From a virus (lineage: Duplodnaviria; Caudoviricetes): a stretch of DNA of 31,969 nucleotides. The DNA is taken from positions 1 through 31,969 of IMG/VR virus record IMGVR_UViG_3300005512_000199, one strand, 5' to 3'. The notes under the pieces were generated by a model. That model had not been told where the DNA came from. It saw only the letters and a program-made list of their open reading frames with translations, and searched no databases. Position numbers and translations under genes: made by a program. This document shows, one piece after another, positions 7,314-14,813 of this stretch (positions within the stretch are counted from its first letter, which is position 1; every line of letters starts with the position of its first letter).

Positions 7314-8297
7314 ATGCTAGACGGTGCCTTCACTTCTCCGAAGATCCGGCGGCTCGCCGTCGTGCTCGGCGTGCCATGGCCGCACGCCCTCGGCCTCGCC
7401 GGCCTCCTCTGGCGGTTCGCCGCCAAGCACGCACCGACCGGCGAGATCGGTCTGCACGACGACGAGGAGATCGCGGCGGCCCTCGAATGGCCGGGCGACG
7501 CCGGCGACCTGGTCGCCGCTCTCGTCCGATGCCGCCTCCTCGATCCGACAGATTCCGCCGCGAGACTGCTCGTCCACGACTGGCCGGACCACGCTCCGAG
7601 GTACGTCTCGGCCACGCTGAAGCGACAGAAACTGGCGTTTTCTCGGGAGTATTCGGTGAACGTGGTAGACGCGCGCAAAGCGCGCGATCGCGCGATGACT
7701 ACAGTCCCCACTACAGTGGCCACTACAGTGGGGACTACAGACCGCACTGCAGACGGGACTACCTATACCTCCTCCTCCTCCTCCGCCTCCGCCTCTTCCG
7801 GCTGCGCCGCGCATAGACCAGATCCGACGGTGAATTTGACGGCGCGCGCACAAGAGATCATCCAGAGCCACGAGAACGCCCCACAGGGCGTTCCCGCGTC
7901 TCGGACGATCGAGGAGCCGTCTGAGCCAAGAAACGCGAGAGACGGGATCCTCCGGCCTCTGGCAGCAAGCGTCTGGGAAGCCTATCTCCCGGGCCGGAAG
8001 ACCGGAAAGAAGACCGCGATCGGCTGCATCGTGAAACAAATTCACGAAGTCGCGCGACGCGACCGGATCCCACCGGCAGATGCCGCCGCCAAGATCCGCC
8101 AGGCGGTCGAGGCCGACGTCGCTCGGATGGTCGAGCGGATCCGGACCGGCGAGACCGAGCTCAAGTTCTGCCCACAGGGCCTGACCTACTTCAGACAGGA
8201 GCGATGGAACGATGACGACCAAGGACCGACCGATCACGACGTCCGCGACGCACGGATCGATGACGAGATCCGGCGAGCCCGTGCCGACCTGGGATGA
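7314..8297 (+). CDS. Phage replication initiator (lambda O-like organisation)
   Basis: N-terminal SPKIRRLA..GLLW..LVHDWPDH; low-complexity linker with DNA iterons; C-terminal WEAYLPGRK...PQGLTYFRQERWND motif; GGAGG RBS. Confidence 0.75.
   Translation: MLDGAFTSPKIRRLAVVLGVPWPHALGLAGLLWRFAAKHAPTGEIGLHDDEEIAAALEWPGDAGDLVAALVRCRLLDPTDSAARLLVHDWPDHAPRYVSATLKRQKLAFSREYSVNVVDARKARDRAMTTVPTTVATTVGTTDRTADGTTYTSSSSSASASSGCAAHRPDPTVNLTARAQEIIQSHENAPQGVPASRTIEEPSEPRNARDGILRPLAASVWEAYLPGRKTGKKTAIGCIVKQIHEVARRDRIPPADAAAKIRQAVEADVARMVERIRTGETELKFCPQGLTYFRQERWNDDDQGPTDHDVRDARIDDEIRRARADLG
7698..7763 (+). repeat. 12-bp period iterons (putative replication origin)
   Basis: ACTACAGTCCCC/ACTACAGTGGCC/ACTACAGTGGGG/ACTACAGACCGC/ACTGCAGACGGG/ACTACC within the initiator gene. 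Confidence 0.75.
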
Positions 8298-8781
8298 GAA
8301 CTGGCGACTGCTCCGGCAGCTCTGGCCGTCCTGGGAACCGACCGCCGAGATGATCCGGCACGTCTGGTTCCTCGCCTACGACAAGCCGAACGCACCGGAG
8401 GGACTCGGGTTCATCGATCACGAGTCGCTTCGCCGAGCAATCGTCGAGCACGCTCGAGCGGCACGATGGAAGGAGCCGGAGTTTCTCGCAATCTCCAAGC
8501 TCTATAACCAGTTCAAGAACGAGAAGATGACGACGAGAGCCAAGGCCGCCAGCAAGACCAGACGAGACGCCGAATGGCTCGACGTGCAGAAGGAACACGA
8601 GCGGCGGATCGGAAGCATCGAGCGATGGGACACCAACCGCCTCGACTCCGCACGCAGTCGCGTCGCCGGCCGGTTTCCATCCTTCCGAAGCTATACGCGC
8701 AACATCTCCGAATGGACGCCGATCTATTCCGGCCTCATCACGGCCGCCGATGAGGAGATCCAGGAGGAGGTCAACGCATGA
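8281..8781 (+). CDS. Hypothetical replication-module protein (possible helicase-loader-associated)
   Basis: Overlaps end of initiator; LRQLWP...VW...LRRAIVEH...WKEP pattern; start uncertain (8260 or 8281). Confidence 0.5.
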   Translation: MPTWDENWRLLRQLWPSWEPTAEMIRHVWFLAYDKPNAPEGLGFIDHESLRRAIVEHARAARWKEPEFLAISKLYNQFKNEKMTTRAKAASKTRRDAEWLDVQKEHERRIGSIERWDTNRLDSARSRVAGRFPSFRSYTRNISEWTPIYSGLITAADEEIQEEVNA

Positions 8782-9260
8782 AGAAGCTAACGCGGAACCA
8801 GATCGCAGACGCCGCCGTCCGCCGATGGTGCAGGTTCTACGAGCTCACGCCGTACTTCTGGAACGCGAACCCAGAGACCTCGCGATGTTCGATCCTTCGA
8901 AAAAATGAAAGCACCAAGCGTCTGCGACGACGACCGTCGTCGGTCCAGTACGGCGAACCCGAAGACCGAGCCGATTGTATGGCGATGATCGTCGGAACGC
9001 TTTTCGTCAAAGGCTTCGACGCCTACGAGCTCGGCGAACTGCTCGAGATCTCGACCAGCACCGCTTGGCTCTATCGCCAGCAGTACCTCGACATGCCGAA
9101 CGAATCTCGCCGCGCTCTCATCCAGCTTGACGGCGAGAAGGCTCGCGAGTTCTACGAGTCCATCATCGAGCACCACAAGGCCGATCAGACCGAGCGGCTT
9201 ATGAAGACCCGCGCTCTCATTGATAAGACGAAGCAACAAAAGAAAAGGAGCACGCGATGA
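8778..9260 (+). CDS. Hypothetical protein, possible HTH
   Basis: GGAGG RBS, ATGA coupling; FDAYELGELLEISTSTAWLY resembles an HTH. Confidence 0.6.
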   Translation: MKKLTRNQIADAAVRRWCRFYELTPYFWNANPETSRCSILRKNESTKRLRRRPSSVQYGEPEDRADCMAMIVGTLFVKGFDAYELGELLEISTSTAWLYRQQYLDMPNESRRALIQLDGEKAREFYESIIEHHKADQTERLMKTRALIDKTKQQKKRSTR

Positions 9261-9466
9261 CCGACAAACACGAGTGGAAGTTCACGGAAGCTCTGAAGGA
9301 CTGGCGACGATCAATGAAGGGACGACCGCCGGCGAAGGACTTCGGGGAACTCGCCTACTGGCACTCGAACACGATGGTCCGCTATCGCAACCTCACCTCG
9401 GCACAATGCCGACGCATCGTCGAGATCGTCGACGCCGACCTTCTCAGGAGTGACGATGACAAATAG
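9257..9466 (+). CDS. Hypothetical protein
   Basis: 69 aa, AAGGAG RBS, ATGA coupling. Confidence 0.65.
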   Translation: MTDKHEWKFTEALKDWRRSMKGRPPAKDFGELAYWHSNTMVRYRNLTSAQCRRIVEIVDADLLRSDDDK

Positions 9467-9875
9467 CCGACAGAAAGGAAAGCGAGGCGAGCTCGAGTTC
9501 GCGGCCGTCCTCCGTGACATGGGAATCGACGCTCGACGAAGTGTGCAATACTGCGGCACCGAAGGACACGCCGACCTCATCACCGCTATTCCCGGAGTGC
9601 ATTGGGAAGTCAAGCGATACGCCAAGATCGCCTCGCTCAGATTCCTGGAGCAGGCAGAACGTGACAGCCTCGCGAACGATCTCCCGATCGTCGCTCTCCG
9701 GGAGGACCGAGGCGAATGGACTCTCCAGCTCAGGGCAAAGGATCTGCCAAGGCTCGTCGCGAAGGTCTCCGCCGCTCTCGCCGAGTCTGGGACCACCAAG
9801 GATTCATCACCAACCTCGTCGTCAAGTGGCGATCCGCCGGACACCTCGCCGAGTTCTCACACACCGAAGTCCTGA
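9456..9875 (+). CDS. Holliday junction resolvase (Hjc-like PD-(D/E)xK nuclease)
   Basis: NSRQKGKRGELE, ADL, HWEVKR motifs; AGGAG RBS. Confidence 0.8.
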   Translation: MTNSRQKGKRGELEFAAVLRDMGIDARRSVQYCGTEGHADLITAIPGVHWEVKRYAKIASLRFLEQAERDSLANDLPIVALREDRGEWTLQLRAKDLPRLVAKVSAALAESGTTKDSSPTSSSSGDPPDTSPSSHTPKS

Positions 9876-10282
9876 ACGCCGCGATCGTCGAGGGCGAACG
9901 ACTTCTTCGAGTCAAGTTCGATCCCGAACTCGGCACCGCCTCGACCTGCCTCTCAAAGTTCCTCTTCTCCCGCGTGCAATACCGGCTCCTGGTCTCCGTG
10001 GGAAAGAAGAAGACGCCGACCGGCTGGGTAGATTCCCGCTCACTCGACGAGCCAAGCCGGCAACGTGAACCGCCGCCGCATCAGGACACCGACTGGGAAG
10101 ACCTTCTCGACTCCGCTCACCCCGACCTCCGATCCGTCATTCGACGAATCGGCGAAGGCATGACCATCGACGAGATTCTCAACGAGGATGAAACCGTCCC
10201 TCTATTCGACTCTCATCGCGAGAGAACCAGGGACGAACTGATCTCCATTTTGCGTTCCGAAGTGAGACGACTCCTCAAATGA
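9716..10282 (+). CDS. Sigma70-like phage transcription regulator (degenerate)
   Basis: KFDPELGTASTCL resembles sigma region 2 (FDPxxG.FSTY); LLDSAHPDLRSVIRRIGEGMTIDEI resembles region 4; sits at early/late boundary. Confidence 0.55.
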   Translation: MDSPAQGKGSAKARREGLRRSRRVWDHQGFITNLVVKWRSAGHLAEFSHTEVLNAAIVEGERLLRVKFDPELGTASTCLSKFLFSRVQYRLLVSVGKKKTPTGWVDSRSLDEPSRQREPPPHQDTDWEDLLDSAHPDLRSVIRRIGEGMTIDEILNEDETVPLFDSHRERTRDELISILRSEVRRLLK

Positions 10283-10545
10283 GCGATAACCAAAAGGCCA
10301 ACCTCGGCGTCGTGATCCAGTTCTTCCAGCTCGCGACGCTGATCGTTGGAGTCGCCGGACTCTTCCTTGCCGTCGGCCGCAAAGATGCGATGCTCGACCA
10401 GAACACCGTGGAGATCGCCGAGCTGAAGGACATCGCCTCAGAGCTCGCGAAGACCTCGATCGAATCCACGATGGCGAACCGCGAGCAGGACCGCCGACTC
10501 GACGACCTCCGCGACCGACTCGCCCGCATGGAATCTAACCGATGA
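10279..10545 (+). CDS. Single-TM coiled-coil membrane protein (holin-like candidate)
   Basis: N-terminal hydrophobic helix followed by heptad coiled coil. Confidence 0.5.
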   Translation: MSDNQKANLGVVIQFFQLATLIVGVAGLFLAVGRKDAMLDQNTVEIAELKDIASELAKTSIESTMANREQDRRLDDLRDRLARMESNR

Positions 10546-11078
10546 TCGATCAACTCCGCGAGAACCGAAAGGCCGCCATCCTCATCGTCGGTGCCGTCGG
10601 CTTCCTTCTCCTCGCCGCGACCCTGCAAGCGTGCCAGGTCGAAGACCTCGTCAAGGTCGATGTCCCGCCCGACGTCGCCGCCGCGATCGACTCCGAGGAC
10701 CGGATTGCGTACTCGCAGTCCCTCGACGCCTGGGACGACTGGCAGGCCTACGTCGAGCGCGAGTCGGCCAAGTTCGCTCGATCCATTGACAAGGGTGCCG
10801 AGATCGCCGGCGTGCTCCGATCTCTCTCCGAGACCGGACTCCAGATCGGACAGGACGCCGCCTCGACGCTTCCCGGCGGTGCCCTGATCTCCGCGGCTCT
10901 CGCCGGCCTCGGCGGTCTCTTCATCCGACGACCGGGCGATGCCAACCGCGAGCGGCTCGAGAAGGAAGCCTCGTACCGAGCAGGTCTGGAGAAGGGCCAG
11001 AAGCTCGCAGAGGCGGCCGTAGACGCCGTCTCGATCATCAAGAAGGCGGAGACGCCTCCGGAGCACTGGGAGGGCTGA
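10542..11078 (+). CDS. Lipoprotein with C-terminal hydrophobic segment (possible lysis accessory)
   Basis: Signal peptide with lipobox LQAC; second hydrophobic Gly-rich helix PGGALISAALAGLGGLFI. Confidence 0.55.
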   Translation: MIDQLRENRKAAILIVGAVGFLLLAATLQACQVEDLVKVDVPPDVAAAIDSEDRIAYSQSLDAWDDWQAYVERESAKFARSIDKGAEIAGVLRSLSETGLQIGQDAASTLPGGALISAALAGLGGLFIRRPGDANRERLEKEASYRAGLEKGQKLAEAAVDAVSIIKKAETPPEHWEG

Positions 11079-11131
11079 GACGTCCTCCTCCGGCCTCTGG
11101 GAGCCTCCGAAGTTTATTCCGAGGGAATCCG

Positions 11132-12004
11132 ATGCCGAAGTGGGAAATCGAGCAGACGTCGAAGGGCTGCTATCTCGTCACGATGGAGGCGGACTCGCCG
11201 GACTGGACCGCCGACTTCCTCCTCCGCTCCGACGCTCATCACGACAACGCGCACTGCGACCAGCGACTCGAGCTTTGCCACCTCGTCGAGGCTCAGGAGC
11301 GGGACGCCGGGATCCTCGACATCGGCGATCTGCACTGCGCGATGCAGGGCAAGTGGGACAAGCGAGCCTCGACCGACGCCTGCCGGCCGGAGCAGCGGGA
11401 AGGCCGGTACCTCGACTCGCTCGTCGAGTGTGCCGCCGACTTCTACGAGCCGTTCGCCGATCGCTGGCTCTTCATGTCACCCGGCAACCACGAGGGCTCG
11501 ATCCTCAAGCGACACGAGACCGACCTCACCGAGCGGACCGCCGAGCGGCTCCGGGCAAAGGGCTCGCCGATCATGGTCGGCTCCTACGCCGGCTTCATCC
11601 GGTTCCGCGTGATCTTCAATGAGCGATCGATCTCTCGCGTCATGTATTACACGCACGGCAACGGCGGCGGCGGACCTATGACGCACGGCGTCCTGAACAC
11701 GCGACGCCGGCAATCGTACCTCCCGGACGCCGACATCATCTGGAGCGGTCACACGCACGACTCCTGGACCGTCCGCCTCGCGAAGACGCAACTCACCAAG
11801 CACGGCCGCGTGCGTCTGACCGACGTCCACCACCTCTCGACACCGGGATACAAGGACGAGTTTTCGCCGCTCGACGGATGGCACATCGAGCGAGGAGCAC
11901 CGCCGAAGCCGATCGGAGCGGCGTGGCTTCGACTATCTATCGACAGGCAGTCGAACCCGACCGACTACGTCTCGCTCGGCGTCAACATCTCGGAGGCTCG
12001 ATGA
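11132..12004 (+). CDS. Calcineurin-like metallophosphoesterase
   Basis: All five motifs: SDAH, GDL, GNHE, THG, GHTH. Confidence 0.85.
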   Translation: MPKWEIEQTSKGCYLVTMEADSPDWTADFLLRSDAHHDNAHCDQRLELCHLVEAQERDAGILDIGDLHCAMQGKWDKRASTDACRPEQREGRYLDSLVECAADFYEPFADRWLFMSPGNHEGSILKRHETDLTERTAERLRAKGSPIMVGSYAGFIRFRVIFNERSISRVMYYTHGNGGGGPMTHGVLNTRRRQSYLPDADIIWSGHTHDSWTVRLAKTQLTKHGRVRLTDVHHLSTPGYKDEFSPLDGWHIERGAPPKPIGAAWLRLSIDRQSNPTDYVSLGVNISEAR

Positions 12005-12237
12005 GCGTATCCAAGGAGCATCGCGAGCGACTGGCCTTGCTCCTCCGAGAGATCTCCGAGGATCTTGTTGCGGATGGCGTTATCATCGCGGTGACTCGAC
12101 GGCGACGACGATCGACCGAGACCTTCGCGGTTCACGACGGGAACATCCACACCGTCCGCGGCCTCGCCGAGTTCGTCTACGGTCACTTCTGCGAGGATGC
12201 AGTCGAGGAGCACGAGGACAGCGAGACCGAGGAATGA
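12001..12237 (+). CDS. Hypothetical protein
   Basis: Start MSVSKE at 12001 with GGAGG RBS and ATGA coupling. Confidence 0.65.
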   Translation: MSVSKEHRERLALLLREISEDLVADGVIIAVTRRRRRSTETFAVHDGNIHTVRGLAEFVYGHFCEDAVEEHEDSETEE

Positions 12238-12590
12238 GCGAAGAAGAAGACAAGAAGCCGGACGAATACAAGCGAGACTCTCGCGGCTGGTTCGTGCCGG
12301 GCAACAAGCCAGGACCAGGACGCAAGAAGGGCTCGACCGGGTTCAGTCTCAAGCGAGCACTCGAGCGAGCCATCGAGAAGACCGAAACCGAAGACGGTCG
12401 ATCGGTCCTCGACGCTCTCGCCGTCGCCGCGATCAAAGCGGCGCAGCAGGGCGACTTCCGGTTTTGGAAGGAGATCATCGACCGATTCGACGGTCCTATC
12501 CGGCAGCAGATCGAGCAGGACCAGACGGTCTGGATCGAGCGGGTATCACGGCAAGCTCGCCAAATTGAGCACGAGGACGACACCGAATGA
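12234..12590 (+). CDS. terS: Terminase small subunit-like protein (DUF5681-type)
   Basis: RDSRGWFVPGNKPGPGRKKG and AQQGDFRFWKEIIDRFDG motifs typical of this terS class. Confidence 0.7.
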   Translation: MSEEEDKKPDEYKRDSRGWFVPGNKPGPGRKKGSTGFSLKRALERAIEKTETEDGRSVLDALAVAAIKAAQQGDFRFWKEIIDRFDGPIRQQIEQDQTVWIERVSRQARQIEHEDDTE

Positions 12591-12943
12591 GCTTCAGCCT
12601 CACCGGAAATACGATCACGATCCAGCAGGGCTCGACGTTTCAGCTGTCCGTCAACTGGACAGATTCCAACGGATCGACGATTGATCTTACCTCCTACACC
12701 GCAAGGATGTCCGGTCGATCTGATTCTGAGGCGACCTCGACAGTGTTCTCAATCACAGATGGATCAGGCATCACGCTTGGAAACTCGGATCCAAATGTTT
12801 CTATCGAGATTGCGGCCGCAACGACTGCCGCATTCGATGCGCCGCTGCTCGGTCGATACGATCTTGAGCTTCAGTCGGATGGTGGCACGGTATATCGAAT
12901 CCTCAGCGGTCGACTCAACATCACGCGGGAGATCACTCGGTGA
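12587..12943 (+). CDS. Fibre-attachment / Ig-like structural protein (LtfC/BppU-N-like)
   Basis: QGSTF...IDLTSYTARM...GRYDLEL...RILSGRL pattern. Confidence 0.65.
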   Translation: MSFSLTGNTITIQQGSTFQLSVNWTDSNGSTIDLTSYTARMSGRSDSEATSTVFSITDGSGITLGNSDPNVSIEIAAATTAAFDAPLLGRYDLELQSDGGTVYRILSGRLNITREITR

Positions 12944-13137
12944 GCGCATACACAGTGACAATCAACGAGACGACACAGCTTGTCACGGTCGCGAGTCCCG
13001 GGCCGCAAGGTCCGCCATATGCCGGAAAGATTGTGACCTCAGGAACTCTAGATGGCGGATCTCACAGCTCAACAGACTTCTCGACGCTCGAGGGTCTTTT
13101 TATTGATGGCGTCGTTCTTGACGGAGGCTCACCATAA
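12940..13137 (+). CDS. Small fibre-associated protein
   Basis: [12 protein letters not shown] short collagen-like motif and terminal LDGGSP; coupled to neighbours. Confidence 0.55.
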   Translation: MSAYTVTINETTQLVTVASPGPQGPPYAGKIVTSGTLDGGSHSSTDFSTLEGLFIDGVVLDGGSP

Positions 13138-13889
13138 TGGCCGTTCAGATTCAGATCCGTCGCGGTACGGCCGCCGACTGGACATCAGCAGATCCGACTC
13201 TTGCCGATGGCGAGATGGCGTATGAGACTGACACCGGCAAGTTCAAGGTCGGAGACGGTTCGACCGCTTGGACATCACTTGGATACATCACGATCGCTGG
13301 AGCATTGGATGCCGAAGACATTGGCGTCACGGTGCAAGCCTACGATGCCGAGCTTGCTGCAATCGCCGGTCTGACAAGTTCCGCAAATACTCTTCCGTAT
13401 TTTACCGGGTCTGGCACGGCAAGCGTGACGACGTTGTCCTCATTTGGTCGAACTCTGATCGACGATGCCGATGCAGCGACGGCCAGAGCGACGCTCGGGG
13501 CCAACGACGCGAGCAACCTCACGACCGGGACGCTCCCAGCCGCTCGCCTCCCTGCGATCACTGATTCATACGTCGGCCACATTGAGACGCCGGCCGACGA
13601 CACCTATTACCTTGATCCGAAAGTCGCAGCCGCTCGAGAGATCACCGGCGTCCACTTTGCATGGACAGCCGGTGGATCACCGGACGGGGACATCGACGTG
13701 CAGATCGGTGGCACCTCTGTGCTGACGGCTACGGGTCGCATGAACAGCGGGACGACCTTCAACGGCACCATCAAGACCGACGGCACGGAAGACGTCGCTG
13801 CCGATGCCGTCATCACCGTCGTCCTTGGTGGGACGAATGGCGTCGCCGACATCACCAACCTTCGCTTCGCCGTGGAGTACACGCAATGA
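13137..13889 (+). CDS. Fibre protein with Mtd_N (major tropism determinant N-terminal) domain
   Basis: [37 protein letters not shown] signature; [14 protein letters not shown] and [18 protein letters not shown] fibre motifs. Confidence 0.8.
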   Translation: MAVQIQIRRGTAADWTSADPTLADGEMAYETDTGKFKVGDGSTAWTSLGYITIAGALDAEDIGVTVQAYDAELAAIAGLTSSANTLPYFTGSGTASVTTLSSFGRTLIDDADAATARATLGANDASNLTTGTLPAARLPAITDSYVGHIETPADDTYYLDPKVAAAREITGVHFAWTAGGSPDGDIDVQIGGTSVLTATGRMNSGTTFNGTIKTDGTEDVAADAVITVVLGGTNGVADITNLRFAVEYTQ

Positions 13890-14266
13890 GCCCGCGATGG
13901 TTGTATTGGCCGACGCCGGTTTCCGGTGCTACACAGCTCGTGCGTGCTACTTATAGCGGCGGCGGTTCAAATCAAACCGTTGGCTCAACAAACATCATCG
14001 GCACGTCGTTATGGGATGGCCGAGGCTTCAGTCAGGTATTCTTCGTCGTCTCGCAAAATCGAATCGACTTCTATTTTGCGAACGACACCGATCGAGACAC
14101 CGCACTCGCTGCCTTCTCAAATTGGACTTGGGTTGATGAGGATGCGTCGGTTTCGTTCAATTGCTTAGCAGAGAGCGAAACCTCAAGCAGAATCAAGTGG
14201 ACAGGAACTGGCGGCGACACGATCAGTCTTATCAGCGGCAACACATACAGATTGGACGGCTCGTAA
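13886..14266 (+). CDS. Hypothetical fibre-cassette protein
   Basis: Start MSPRWLYW at 13886 (ATGA coupling), beta-rich. Confidence 0.55.
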   Translation: MSPRWLYWPTPVSGATQLVRATYSGGGSNQTVGSTNIIGTSLWDGRGFSQVFFVVSQNRIDFYFANDTDRDTALAAFSNWTWVDEDASVSFNCLAESETSSRIKWTGTGGDTISLISGNTYRLDGS

Positions 14267-14811
14267 TGGCTATTCGGATCAAAGTCAGACGCGGAACAGC
14301 CTCCGATTGGACAGCAGCCGATCCGGTTCTGTCTGCCGGCGAAATCGGCTTCGAGAGCGATACCAACAAGCTCAAGATCGGCGACGGTTCTACCGCTTGG
14401 TCGTCGCTCTCTTATGTGACTGGCACCGGCACCGGCGGCGGTGGCGGTCTTGACAACATCATCGAGGATCTAAGTCCTCAGCTTGGTGCGGATCTCGATG
14501 TCAACGGGAACCAGATCGTCTCAGCCTCTGGAAACATCGCAATCACGCCAGGGTCCGGCGGCGCGATTGTGCTCGATGGAATGACCTGGCCGACTTCACT
14601 CGGTCTAGACGGACAAGTTCTTCAGACGGACAGCTCCGGCAATCTTTCGTTTGCGTCTGTTTCCACTAACGCAATCACGTCGCCGGCCGTCGCTCTTCAG
14701 ACGCTTCCAAACATTGACGCCGGCAGCGTGACATCCGTTGTCAAGCTCTCGTCTGCTCAATATGCGGACATCGGGACGAAAGATCCCAACACTATCTACT
14801 TCGTGGTCTGA
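14266..14811 (+). CDS. Second Mtd_N fibre protein
   Basis: IKVRRGTASDWTAADPVLSAGEIGFESDTNKLKIGDG; DLSPQLGADLDVNG; C-terminal SAQYADIGTKDPNTIYFV fibre motif. Confidence 0.8.
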   Translation: MAIRIKVRRGTASDWTAADPVLSAGEIGFESDTNKLKIGDGSTAWSSLSYVTGTGTGGGGGLDNIIEDLSPQLGADLDVNGNQIVSASGNIAITPGSGGAIVLDGMTWPTSLGLDGQVLQTDSSGNLSFASVSTNAITSPAVALQTLPNIDAGSVTSVVKLSSAQYADIGTKDPNTIYFVV

Positions 14812-14813
14812 AC

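Noticed and set aside
7698-7763. CRISPR-like array
   Set aside because: 12-bp period with no spacers, inside a CDS; better explained as iterons
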